Source: Naegleria gruberi
Lineage: Eukaryota
Assembly (NCBI GenBank): GCA_000004985.1
Contig: GG738891.1
DNA: 64,000 nt
Reading direction: 5' to 3' (one strand)
Under the pieces are notes generated by a model. The model ran no database searches, was not told where the DNA came from, and saw only the letters and a program-made list of their open reading frames with translations. Positions 34,459 through 44,941 of the stretch are shown in pieces. Both the position numbers and the translations under genes were made by a program. The number at the start of each line of letters is the position of its first letter. Position 1 is the first letter of the stretch.

Positions 34459-36363
34459 ATGGGCAAACGAAAACATTCAAAAATTGCTAAAGAAAATCAT
34501 CAAGTTGATAATGATGACCAAATAGAAGAAGAGAAAATAGTGGTTTTACCTCCTAAGGTATCAACAAAAAAGAAGAAGAAAAAGAAGAGAAAGAAAACTT
34601 CTCATGCATCTATCTCTTCATCATCAGTCTCGACAATTAATTCTGGTAATTCTATTGGATCGGAAATGATTAAAAAATGGAATCAAATTATTAGTTTGCA
34701 AGATACACTTCAATTAATATTGGGTTTCATTCCCGATTATTTATTGGAAAGAACGATGAGATTTGTGAATAGGGATTTTTATTTGGCTTCTTCTGTGGTT
34801 TTTAGAGAATTGAAAACTTGTTTGAAACTTTCTAAATTTAATGGTGACGAGAAAATATTGGAGAGTTGGAAAAAGTTTAAAAATCTGAAGAGTATTGACT
34901 TGGAATTTAAATTAGGGCATGAGGAGTTTAATGCTTCTGGTATGACAGATTTTGGAATTGAAACATGTATAATTAACTTTACAAATTCAGTATTTTCAAA
35001 GCCTCTTGTGGGAACTAAATGGGCTGATACTTTGAGATACTTAGATATTTGTATCCAGCATCAACAGTTTTGTCTATTATTTGAGTTGAGTTTACATACC
35101 TTAATAGTAGAACTCCAAGAAGATAGTGAAATAGATCTAAAGATAGGAAAAGAAGAAAAACCTCTATTCAACAGTTTGACATATTTTAATTATTCTTTAT
35201 CAACATTCAATAATATGGAGGAATTCATCAATAGACTTGTTAACCTTACAACGTTAAGGAGTGATGATGAAATGAATATTGAGTTACTGAAACTACCAAA
35301 AATTAAGATGTATGACTGCGCACAGTTTGAACTAGAAGGAATACCAAAGGCATTCCCAAGGTTGGAACACCTCAAATCTTCCTCCTTTCTTTCAACAGCA
35401 GATATATTACAAGCACTAACTCTAAAAACCTTAAAAACTTTATCACTTAACGTAAACACAAGTTCATTTGATTTACTATCAGACGCAATTTTTAGCCTAC
35501 CACTCCTAGAAAAACTATCATTGTTTATCAACTTTAGTAGCTCAGAAAATAATGATGTCATTGCATCAAAGCCATTACCTTATTTGAAAAAGGTCAAATT
35601 GGTTCTTATTGATTATGATGATGAAATACCTCCAGTATCTATTAGTCATTTCAATCAATGTGAAAATATTGAGAAAATTAGTTTTTTAGATGAAGCGCGA
35701 CAAATATCAGTAGATCTTAATGATTTTTCTCCTTTTTCCAAGCTGAAAAGTATTCTAATAACGTGTAAATCTGTTTCTAATTGGAAAAATCCTGTATCTA
35801 CATTAGAAATTTTGTCCATTACTACAGAAAAAGCAAGTAATATAACCCTGATAGGACTCGATAAATTGAGAGAGATAGATTTTGTGTCAGAAAATACGAG
35901 TAGTTTAGTTAAATACTTTAATCATCATGCACCTTGTGATGGCCTTAAAAAATTGAACATTTCTGGAAAAGACATTTTGAAATACCCATTCCCATCAAAT
36001 CTGGAAAGTCTCACCATTAGTAATTTGGAACTCAAAGAAACTGATGATAATTTTACCAACATTTTAAAGAAACAAACTAATCTTAGAAAAATAGTAATTG
36101 AAGAATCCAAACTTGACCTTCTCTCAATACTAGAAACATTAACATGCCTCATTCATCAAGTTACGAAAATATCCATTGCTGGTAAATCATCCCCAACCCA
36201 TTCAGAATCCAAATACATCACCAATCTACTCAGAGTCCTCTCCATTTTCGATTCAAAGAGAATAATATTGGAATTAACTGAATTCAGTTTAACATTCTCT
36301 CATCAAGGAACAAGATATCTCCGTTCTCAAATCAAGTCTCGTTTATTTGAATATTGGAAGTGA
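34459..36363 (+). CDS. Leucine-rich-repeat protein (F-box/LRR-like), hypothetical
   Basis: Long ORF with CAAAAAAAATG start at 34459. It begins with a K-rich NLS-like N-terminus, then many L-x-x-L-x-L leucine-rich segments. The C-terminal end overlaps, in another frame, an ORF with no ATG (see findings). Confidence 0.5.
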   Translation: MGKRKHSKIAKENHQVDNDDQIEEEKIVVLPPKVSTKKKKKKKRKKTSHASISSSSVSTINSGNSIGSEMIKKWNQIISLQDTLQLILGFIPDYLLERTMRFVNRDFYLASSVVFRELKTCLKLSKFNGDEKILESWKKFKNLKSIDLEFKLGHEEFNASGMTDFGIETCIINFTNSVFSKPLVGTKWADTLRYLDICIQHQQFCLLFELSLHTLIVELQEDSEIDLKIGKEEKPLFNSLTYFNYSLSTFNNMEEFINRLVNLTTLRSDDEMNIELLKLPKIKMYDCAQFELEGIPKAFPRLEHLKSSSFLSTADILQALTLKTLKTLSLNVNTSSFDLLSDAIFSLPLLEKLSLFINFSSSENNDVIASKPLPYLKKVKLVLIDYDDEIPPVSISHFNQCENIEKISFLDEARQISVDLNDFSPFSKLKSILITCKSVSNWKNPVSTLEILSITTEKASNITLIGLDKLREIDFVSENTSSLVKYFNHHAPCDGLKKLNISGKDILKYPFPSNLESLTISNLELKETDDNFTNILKKQTNLRKIVIEESKLDLLSILETLTCLIHQVTKISIAGKSSPTHSESKYITNLLRVLSIFDSKRIILELTEFSLTFSHQGTRYLRSQIKSRLFEYWK

Positions 36364-37112
36364 GGATCAATTAAATGGAACTCAATTCTGTAATTCAATA
36401 ACAAAGAATATTTGTGACAAATTTTGTGATCTATTCAGAAAGGACATTCAAAATACATCAGTTAGAAAGGCATTCAAAGCATTCAAACCTCACTTGAATG
36501 TAATTTATAGAGATGTTATTCTTTCAATAGGTAAACAATTGATTTATGATTGTACATGTTGTGATGCAAAGGTTGGATGGTTACACATATTTAACATTAA
36601 AAATTGCCCCAATATCTTTACTCCAATAGAGGTTCAAATAGTGGAACAGAAACCAACCAAGAAAAATTCCAAGAGGTAAGTGCATACTAAAAATTAGAGA
36701 TCTAATACTAGATAGTAAGAATACAGTACAAAATATTGAAATGGCAAACACCTTTACCAAAGAACTTTCCCATTTTCAATGGATAATTGAATTAGAGAAT
36801 GATCAACCACAAGTAGTTATTCTAGTCAATGATTTTCTAAATGCCTTTGTAAAAATTTGTAAAATATTCCCAGAAATACCCAACTTTACCAAAGTACGAG
36901 CCAAAACAGCTCCATCAAACACTTTTCAAGAGTGTTACATAATGAAATTTAACAATACTTTTGCCTGTCTACCAATAACAATAGATGCAGGAAATATTGA
37001 TATAGAATCAGATATCCAATCAATTGTAAATATTCACTTGGAACGAATTGATAAATTTTTGGAAACTATACAAACAGAACTATCCCCACAAATAACCAAT
37101 ATTAAACTATAG
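36347..37112 (+). CDS. Uncertain coding segment: an ORF with no ATG (36347..36675) spliced by a 40-nt intron to ORF 36716..37112; possibly a 3' continuation of the LRR gene or a separate small gene (36741..37112)
   Basis: The 110-codon ORF 36347..36679 contains no Met codon, yet it is open for 129 codons from 36293. A donor GTAAGT at 36676 and acceptor TAG at 36713-36715 give a 40-nt, frame-preserving intron into the ORF that contains ATG 36741 (MANTFTKELSHFQW...). Confidence 0.3.
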
Positions 37113-37152
37113 ATCTGTCATGATAAGAAGATCAGTAATGATATATATAGTT

Positions 37153-37642
37153 TTACATCTTTGAATCAAAAGGTCCATTATGAATTCTAAGTCCAGTCTT
37201 TAGACAATTCAAATAATATCCATAAAATAAATCTTTACAGTTTTCATGTGTAAGCATGACATTTGCTGGATTAAACTCTTTAGCTCCCAAATTCATTAAT
37301 TTGAAACATTTTTCATACAATTTATAATGTAAATTGCATTTTCTAGTATTTGAAGCTGTTGCTGCTGCAAGATAATGCCTCCTATAAATACAATCACCAT
37401 AATCCTTTGATATCTTTAAACAATCTTTATCATAATTAATTTCTTGATTATTCTGAAAACAATTTTTTAATTCATTATGTTCTAGAGAACAAACTAATCC
37501 ACTAAATTTAAATGCAAATGTATCCAATGTATCAAGTTGAACTCTGTAGAGTATTTCTCTCGGAATTTGTTTTTCATCTACTGGTCCAGCAGAGAATAAT
37601 TCTCCCGATTCATAGTTGGGCATTTTTTTATTTGGTTTTTTA
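37153..37642 (-). CDS. Twin Cx9C (double CHCH-domain, CHCHD5/Mic14-like) mitochondrial intermembrane-space protein
   Basis: The start ATG at 37642 is preceded by an A-run. The protein has four Cys pairs: CSLEHNELKNC and CLKISKDYGDC (both Cx9C), then CNLHYKLYEKC (Cx9C) and CKDLFYGYYLNC (Cx10C). These form two CHCH helical hairpins. About 156 aa. Confidence 0.5.
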
Positions 37643-37810
37643 ATTATTTGTTTTATTACTTTATTTTCACAACAAGTGAAAGTACTATAATATAATTCAT
37701 TGAAAAAGTTACTGTATTGCATTCATAACATTGATAATTGTAAGAGTATTTAATTATTCAATTATTCGGCTATAATTGAATTTTTATTTTTTTCATCAAG
37801 AAGGAAAAAA

Positions 37811-38013
37811 ATGGCTTTGTCCACTGTTCACGGAAAAGATTTAAAGATTTTAGGCGCCATCGTATTCGCTAGGTAAGTTGATGATGATGTTTAGTAGTGG
37901 AGATTAATTGATGATGATTATAGAGTGTTGGTTAAAGCATACAGGGAATACACTAGACCAGATTATGCTGAAGTCACAAAGGCTGCCATTGGAAACGCAC
38001 CAGCAAGCAATTA
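37811..38013 (+). CDS. Small 2-exon gene encoding a roughly 50-aa hydrophobic protein (unassigned)
   Basis: AAAAAAAATG at 37811. Exon 1 is 37811..37872. A 51-nt intron at 37873-37923 (GTAAGT..TAG, phase 2) leads to exon 2 ending with TAA at 38011-38013. The product is MALSTVHGKDLKILGAIVFARVLVKAYREYTRPDYAEVTKAAIGNAPASN. Confidence 0.4.
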
Positions 38014-38068
38014 AATTTTCGGATGTTTGATAGTTTTAAAGTGATTGTACAATTTAAAATATATATAT

Positions 38069-40850
38069 TTAAATAATAGGATTTTCTTTTAGAAATTTTC
38101 TGATAGAATCATATTCTCCTTTCGGGTGGGGTAAAACATCATCAAACTGATCAAAACTTAGGGTATATATAGTTCTTGGACCAGTTTGTTCAAGTGTTAT
38201 TTCCTTCTCCCAATCTTCTTTTACATACAAATCCATAATTGATGGTCTTTGTTTTATCTCCTTCAAATGCTTCTTGCTAACTTGCTTTTTCAATTTCGTT
38301 TCAACAATATCATAATTCTTTTCGGCAACATCTTGTTTTTCTACTATATTTCCAAACATTGATTCACCAGGTGTATAGTTGAGTACCTTCTCTGCATCAT
38401 TCTTGTTGAATAGACTGTTCTCTTTCAGTACTTGTCTAGCAGTTTGTTCATTAAATTCTTCGGATTGTTTTTGATGAAGTTTATACTCAATTCTTCTCGA
38501 TGAATTGGGTATTATTGCTGGTGTATGTTGTGGAATGTCATACTCTGGTTCTGTATTCTGGGTTGGTTCAGTTTCAGCATCAGAGAAATGGTTGACTATC
38601 TTTACCTGATTAGAGGATGATGATTTCTTCAGTGAGCTAGGTTTTGGCTTCTTTGGCACTAGAACCTCAATTTGAAGATTGGAACCTGAGTTGACTCTTG
38701 TTGTTTCTGGTTTGATACGTTTTCTGAGTGGCTTACTAGCGTTAACTGGGGATTGAGATGCAATGACATCATCAATGATAACAGGCTTGGGGATTTCTTT
38801 CTCTCTTCGTATGACTGGCTTTGGAAGACTCTCAGTTATCTGTGGAGTTTGAATAAGCTCTTCATCTAGGGAAGGAGATTGTTTGTTAAATTCTGGAAGG
38901 GAATGAGTTTTGAGAATGGGAGATGATTGTTTGGGCGGGGATTTCGTTTTTCTAATTTTGATAACCTGTGGCTCAGGAGTTAACATGTCTCTGTTTCTAT
39001 CAATATCATTAAGGTCAATACGATCGTCTTGAGGTTTGTTTGGAGTAAATTCTTGGCTCCATAGCATTTGGTCCATCGTTTGTGGTATTGTGGGATCCAT
39101 ATTGTCAGTAGATGGACTTTTAGTTGGCTTTGGTACATTTCTAATCTCCCTTGGTAACGATATTGAGGATAAACTACTCATTACTGAGGTAACATCAGAC
39201 AGCAGATCTTCATCAGATGAATAATCGATAGTGTTAGGTTGTTGTTCTTCTTCTGTTAGCTCCTGTGCATGATCCTTCTCTTCGTGAGGGGAATAATATG
39301 ACTGCATTTGTTTTGGAACACTTTGTGGCCTAGGAGTTTCCAATGAAAAGCTCATGTTTTGATAAGACTCTTCTGGTTGCTCTGGTTGTTCGAGAGGGTA
39401 TTCATCATAGTGATTTTCTTGTTGGTCTTTCTTGATAATTTGACTTATTATTTCATCAATCAGCCAAACATGACCCCTTCCATCCTTATCACAAGCTACC
39501 AAATGAGATCCTGGAAGTGGAATGGAGCTTTTTACATTAATACGATTGTCTTTCTTCATGCTAAATACTGTACAAAATAAAATAGGAGTTTCAAAACTAT
39601 ACTCCATTACCAAGAGTTGACCAATATAGAATTGCATTGAATTTGAAATAATCCTGTTATTCTTATCCCTGAATGAAACGGAAAACACGTTTACCATATC
39701 ATTATTCATGAAAAAGCAAGTTACTGAATTCACAGTTATATTCTTTTAAAAGTCAATAAGTGAAATGAGAGTTTACATACAGGTTGATCTGAAATAATAT
39801 AGTATGCTATTTGTAAATTTAGTACTGTCTTTGAGTAAACGTCTTCAGACTCCTCATACAGATAAACTGTTCCTAGTTGATTACAAGCAATTAAAGATGA
39901 CGAAGGCAAGAAGTCCCTCATTAGAGATAATGGACTCGATTCTAAAATGATTTGTTGAAGTAATTGTTGGTTTTCTATGTCGTGTCTGATTTACAATTAG
40001 ATGAAAATTATTCCTTAATTAAAACCTACATTAATAAAATTCCATCTTGTCCACCTCCACTCACTATAAATGGGTTCTTTGAGTAGCCACTTGTTGGTAT
40101 TACAATGGCCACTTTTTGAAGAAATTGTTTTTTGTGTACACCTTTCAAAGACCAGGCCAATTCAAAAGACTCGTCTTGATTCATTTCAACACTCTCCTCT
40201 CTATGAATCCATACTTTTAAATCTCCATTAATTGATCCAGTTACTAAATAATTATTCTCCATGTCAAAACAAGTGATTTGATCTTGATGTTGAGCACATC
40301 CAAATACATGGGTCGATCTGGCAAATAAACTATCATTCTCATAATATGTTTTTCCAAAGTGTACCACAGAGTAGAACATTTTGTTTGAATTTTGCTGTAA
40401 AAAGCAAATTTTGTATGCTGGACATCCATGATAGCATGGAGGCTCATCTTCCTCATTCTCAAATAAAATCCTTGATTTATAAGTCCTAGGTGTTGATAAT
40501 TGATTATTAGAAATGAATTTGAACTGTTTCCATGGTGTATTCAGAGGAATGATATCACCTTCTGATTCTACAAACAATTTGTAAATTGCATATTCATTTT
40601 GTTGTATGTTGAAAAGTCTAATTATTAGACAAGGTCACTCTCTACAACTGCAAACAAATACTCACTTTAAATAACCCTTATTATCCGATATACCAATAAC
40701 TTCATCTTCAGTATGAAGAGATGGTACTTGATAGATTGTTGTAGTATAATCCTTAGTTGATGCATCCTCTGCATACCGATCCAGATAAAAATCCTCATCA
40801 ATCCTTGCCAATCTAAAGCCAACCTGTTGTTCACTGCTTGTTTTCTGCAT
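38069..40850 (-). CDS. WD-repeat-containing protein with a long Ser/Pro/Gln-rich C-terminal region, 4 exons, about 883 aa
   Basis: Exons on the minus strand are 40850..40666, 40617..40030, 39985..39781 and 39742..38069. Introns are 40618-40665 (48 nt, GTGAGT..TAG), 39986-40029 (44 nt, GTAGGT..CAG, weaker donor) and 39743-39780 (38 nt, GTATGT..AAG). All keep the frame and fuse four ORF-track fragments. A WD motif YLVTGSINGDLKVW is present. Confidence 0.5.
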
Positions 40851-40875
40851 TTTTTCTTTTTTTAAACTTAAAAAT

Positions 40876-41421
40876 ATGAGCACAACATTATCTGCTTCGG
40901 AACTGAATCAAAAGAATGAAACATTAATATTGAATATAATAATAGTAATATTGATTGCTAAAATTTTGAATATTATTTGGAAAAAGCTTATTCATGATAG
41001 ATTAATTAATGGAACGGCTCGGAAATTGGAAAGGGAAATTGCTCTCCTTCAAAAGAGTAGCATTGCTCTTAACACACCTTCAAAGTTTGTAGAATATTCC
41101 AAGACTCAAAGAAGATGGAAAAAGAGAGAAAAGTTATTATCGGAAATTAAGAATACGTCATCTTATCGAGTTAAGATTGTTATTTCCTATGTCATACAAT
41201 ATGCACTTTCTCTAGGAGCACCTATTTGTTGCACTTTGTTGTGGTATGGGGAGAAGATTTCCACACTGGCCAGACCAGACTTTTGTTGTTTATCCAGAGG
41301 AGAATCATTGTGTTTGCCACAATTAATTTGTAGTGAGAGTGGATTTCAAATTGTTACTACATCATTTGTAATACTCACAATGAAGAGTTTGGATTATCTC
41401 AGTTCCATTCTGTTCAAATAA
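40876..41421 (+). CDS. WRB/GET1-like tail-anchored-protein insertion receptor subunit
   Basis: 181 aa with AAAAATATG start. An N-terminal TM helix is followed by a charged coiled-coil (SKFVEYSKTQRRWKKREKLLSEIK, compare WRB DEFARYARLERKINKMTDKL) and two further TM helices. Its start codon is 25 bp from the divergent start of the WD gene. Confidence 0.45.
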   Translation: MSTTLSASELNQKNETLILNIIIVILIAKILNIIWKKLIHDRLINGTARKLEREIALLQKSSIALNTPSKFVEYSKTQRRWKKREKLLSEIKNTSSYRVKIVISYVIQYALSLGAPICCTLLWYGEKISTLARPDFCCLSRGESLCLPQLICSESGFQIVTTSFVILTMKSLDYLSSILFK

Positions 41422-41510
41422 ATTCATGATTTAAAATGCTATCACTGTTTGCAACATCATTGGATTCAAGGAATTGATTTAAATAATTTTTGGAGTTTTA
41501 TTCAACAAAT

Positions 41511-41792
41511 TTAGTTTTGCTTGTTGTTAACGGCAGCCTTTGGGGTGCTTCCGACCTTCCATCCGTTTCTTTCTCTTCTCAAAGCGAGCTTCAAATAACG
41601 ACATCTACCAGTACCAGTGGTGTTTCTTCTAATAGCCTTATAAGCCCATTGGTACTTTCTGATCTTTGGTGATGGGAATCCGCAAGAAGCACAAGTCTTC
41701 TTTTGAATATGGTAAGATCTTCTATCACATCTTGGACACATACCGTGTGTCTTGGTGTGTCTCAAACCGAATGATTGGGTACCCTTGGTCAT
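41511..41792 (-). CDS. RPL37: 60S ribosomal protein L37e
   Basis: 93-aa protein [49 protein letters not shown]..., with the C4 zinc ribbon and full-length similarity to L37e. Codons are biased toward C/T-ending preferred codons, consistent with high expression. Confidence 0.92.
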   Translation of the reverse strand: MTKGTQSFGLRHTKTHGMCPRCDRRSYHIQKKTCASCGFPSPKIRKYQWAYKAIRRNTTGTGRCRYLKLALRRERNGWKVGSTPKAAVNNKQN

Positions 41793-41794
41793 TT

Positions 41795-41837
41795 CTAATT
41801 TATTGATGAATAATGCAACTACGAGGGCAATACTTAC
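41795..41837 (-). other. Putative 43-nt 5'-UTR intron immediately upstream of the RPL37 start codon
   Basis: The minus strand reads ...gaaaa|GTAAGTattgccctcgtagttgcattattcatcaataaatTAG|aaATGacc. The canonical GTAAGT donor and TAG acceptor sit 2 nt before the ATG, and the size matches the other introns in this window. Confidence 0.35.
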
Positions 41838-42218
41838 TTTTCTAGTGACGTTTTTTTTTTCAACAAATTTTCAGGTTGATAGAAATTTTGGGTTGGTATT
41901 CTTTACAATGAAACTTTTTTGCTGGTAAAATGTAACTGGAAAAAATGTTGATGCTTTGCTAGCGTTAGTGCACGGAGTATCAATCATCAATTATTCATAC
42001 TCATATTAGTACATAGATGATTATTATATAGAGATTGAATCATCATTATTGAACAAAATATATTAAATAAATATAATTTTTCTCATCAAACTTATAATAT
42101 TCGGAAGATGGTAATCTAGGAAGACCATCACTGAACAGAATTTATTCTCAAGACTTGGTAATGAACATTATCATTGAAGAAGAAGTAATTGATAATTTAA
42201 TAATAAAACAATTAAAAA

Positions 42219-43352
42219 ATGAGTCATCTCGATCAAAGGAAGAGGAAATACAATGATGATGAGGACGATAATTCTCCATCCACAGACACACAACTCATGA
42301 TCAGAGCAGACAGTCATGAACAAGATGAAAAGAGGAGAAAATTAACATCTTTAATGGAATTACCTCCACGTTCGTCATCGCTTTCAGCACCAATTTTAAA
42401 ACTTGATGGACACAAATCCGAAGTATTTACTTGTAAATTTTCGAATAGTGGAAATTTTCTTGCTACAGGTTCAGCAGATAAATCAGTTTTATTGTGGGAT
42501 GTTTTCGGAGAGAGTGCCAAGAGTGAAGATGATGACTTATCATCAACCACTGTGAATTATGGTAGCTTATTGGGACATAAGAATGCTGTATTGGATTTGG
42601 ATTGGTTTACATCAGAGGATCGTATTTGTACAGCTTCAGCTGATAATACTGTCATCTTGTGGGATATTATCAAATGTCTTAAAGTGAGACAATTTAAACA
42701 ACATTCATCAATTGTAAATTCTTGTTCAACATCAAAATATTCAAAACAATCGGATCTATTTGTATCAGCAGGTGATGATAGAGCCATCAATATTTATGAC
42801 CAAAGAGAAAGAAAATGTATAAAAACAATCAAGAGCAAATATCCAGTCTTCTCGGCATGCTTTTCAGAAAATAATGATAGATTATTCACATGTGGAATTG
42901 ATAGTGTCATTACTACATGGGATTTGAAAACTGATAAATTCATTTACAACCTAGGCAGTGGGCACACTGATTCAATTACAGATATCAAGCTTTCACCTGA
43001 TGGTAATTTCCTCCTAAGTAATTCTATGGATGGCACATGTCGTGTTTGGGATTGTAGACATTATGCCGAATCTGCCAATAGATGTGTAAAATTATTTAAT
43101 GGAGCTAAACATTCAATGGATAAGAATCTAGTTCGTGTTGCATGGTATAAGGATAGCTCATTGATTTCAACAGGTGCCGAAAATGATGTCATGATTTGGA
43201 ATACCACTACAAGAAAGATTGAATATCAATTACCTGGACATCATGGTTCTGTAAATTGTGTTCATTTCCATCCTCAACAACCAATTATTGCCTCAGCTTC
43301 AAGTGACAAGACTGTTTATTTGGGTGAAATTGATTCAAAATCTATTTATTAA
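42219..43352 (+). CDS. SNRNP40: U5 snRNP 40-kDa WD-repeat protein (SNRNP40/WDR57 homolog)
   Basis: 377 aa with seven WD repeats. It matches human SNRNP40 along its length (SSLSAPILKLDGHKSEV..., LLSNSMDGTCRVWD, HPQQPIIASASSDKTVYLGEI). AAAAAATG start. Intronless. Confidence 0.88.
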   Translation: MSHLDQRKRKYNDDEDDNSPSTDTQLMIRADSHEQDEKRRKLTSLMELPPRSSSLSAPILKLDGHKSEVFTCKFSNSGNFLATGSADKSVLLWDVFGESAKSEDDDLSSTTVNYGSLLGHKNAVLDLDWFTSEDRICTASADNTVILWDIIKCLKVRQFKQHSSIVNSCSTSKYSKQSDLFVSAGDDRAINIYDQRERKCIKTIKSKYPVFSACFSENNDRLFTCGIDSVITTWDLKTDKFIYNLGSGHTDSITDIKLSPDGNFLLSNSMDGTCRVWDCRHYAESANRCVKLFNGAKHSMDKNLVRVAWYKDSSLISTGAENDVMIWNTTTRKIEYQLPGHHGSVNCVHFHPQQPIIASASSDKTVYLGEIDSKSIY

Positions 43353-44814
43353 ATAATAATTTTTCAATTTTGGCCAATCTTGCTTCTAAAACAGCTTTAT
43401 CCTTATACAGATAAAGTTCATTAAAATCTTCAGCCTTCTTCTTTACCAGAGTTGACTTCTTGGGTGTTGCCTGTTGTAATTTGTTGCTGACATTGTTCAC
43501 AATTTCACTTTCAGCAAGACTTTGACTCTTTTTCAACAATATTTGTTCCTCTCTTTTCACATTTTCCTTAAAGGTCTCTCTTGGAACCATCATAATATTA
43601 TTGACAATAAAATCAACCATTACATCCATCTTTAAAAAGTTTTCACTATTAATCCATTCATAATTTGTTTCATCTTTTCTGAACCATGTATTTTGATGTT
43701 TGGAATATCTTCTGGTGGAAACTTTGAATTCTCTCAAAAATCTCAAGAAGGATTTCTTTAAAGCTGATTTGAAAAAGTGATCCCTCCTATCAACAGTTTT
43801 CATATAATTAATGAAATCATAAGCTTCCTTATAACCAATTGATCTGAATGGAACTGTATGATCTAGTAATATTCCTCGATCCATTAAACTGTATACTTCT
43901 TCTAAAAGTCCAGCTTCCACTAAATTTTCACATCTCCTTTCCAAACTTGCATAGAGTTTATATCTGTCTAAATAGAGAACAATTCCACGAACATCTAAAT
44001 TATTTTCAGATACTTTATCCATAAATCCATTCTTATACTTGAATTCTTTCATTGTTTTTCCAGATTCAGTCACAATAGTATAAGCTCTATTCAATCTATA
44101 TAAATCATTTCTGTGAATTTTTGATGCATATTCTGGATCTTTTTCTTGTAAAACTTTATATCTTCTATCCCATTCATCAGTTGAAACTCGTGTTAAATCA
44201 TCCATTTTTTGAACAGAAAGAGTAGTTGGTTGTGGAATTTCCAAATTAGTTCCATCAATGAATGTATTCAAGTAAAAAGCACTTCCTCCAACGAGTATTG
44301 GCAATTTTCCTCTCGCCAGAATTTCCAAACACTTTTCATGAGCATCAACATAAAATTGTTGAACTGTATATTGATGAGTTTTATCGTGTGCACATTTTTC
44401 CAATGAAACATTATTAACTAAATGATGAGAAATTCCTTGCATTTCCTCTTCTTTAATTTTGTTACTTCCGATAGAACATTCCTTATACATTTGAACAGAA
44501 TCTACATTAATAATTTCTCCATTCAATCTTTTAGCAATTTCAATAGAAATTGGTGTTTTACCTGTACCTGTTGCTCCTGTTATTATAAAAACTTGATTTT
44601 TCAATTCTTTTGCAATATTATTAGTATGATTATTGTTACTATCCATTGTTGTTGTATTATTAATAGTTGTTGTTGTTGATGAATAATTAAATTTAATAAT
44701 AGGAGCAACATTTTGAATCAGTAGTGATTTGATAAATCCTCTTCGGAGCATTGCATTATTACATGATGGTGGACCACCAAACAACAATTTCAATCCTTGT
44801 TGTTGTTTGAACAT
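43342..44814 (-). CDS. tRNA dimethylallyl(isopentenyl)transferase (MiaA/Mod5/TRIT1 family)
   Basis: P-loop IITGATGTGKT followed by the DSVQMYK motif and a conserved IPT core. 490 aa. Its last 11 coding bp, 43342..43352 including the stop, overlap the 3' end of the SNRNP40 CDS on the opposite strand. Confidence 0.85.
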   Translation of the reverse strand: MFKQQQGLKLLFGGPPSCNNAMLRRGFIKSLLIQNVAPIIKFNYSSTTTTINNTTTMDSNNNHTNNIAKELKNQVFIITGATGTGKTPISIEIAKRLNGEIINVDSVQMYKECSIGSNKIKEEEMQGISHHLVNNVSLEKCAHDKTHQYTVQQFYVDAHEKCLEILARGKLPILVGGSAFYLNTFIDGTNLEIPQPTTLSVQKMDDLTRVSTDEWDRRYKVLQEKDPEYASKIHRNDLYRLNRAYTIVTESGKTMKEFKYKNGFMDKVSENNLDVRGIVLYLDRYKLYASLERRCENLVEAGLLEEVYSLMDRGILLDHTVPFRSIGYKEAYDFINYMKTVDRRDHFFKSALKKSFLRFLREFKVSTRRYSKHQNTWFRKDETNYEWINSENFLKMDVMVDFIVNNIMMVPRETFKENVKREEQILLKKSQSLAESEIVNNVSNKLQQATPKKSTLVKKKAEDFNELYLYKDKAVLEARLAKIEKLLFNK

Positions 44815-44941
44815 TTTTTTTAAATTTCAATTTTTACATTAAAATTCAATAATCGATTGAAATCTCAATTTTTAAAGAAATTTGTTATTTATTTACACAA
44901 ATGATTGAATACTAAGTAGTATATATATTTGATGATAATGA

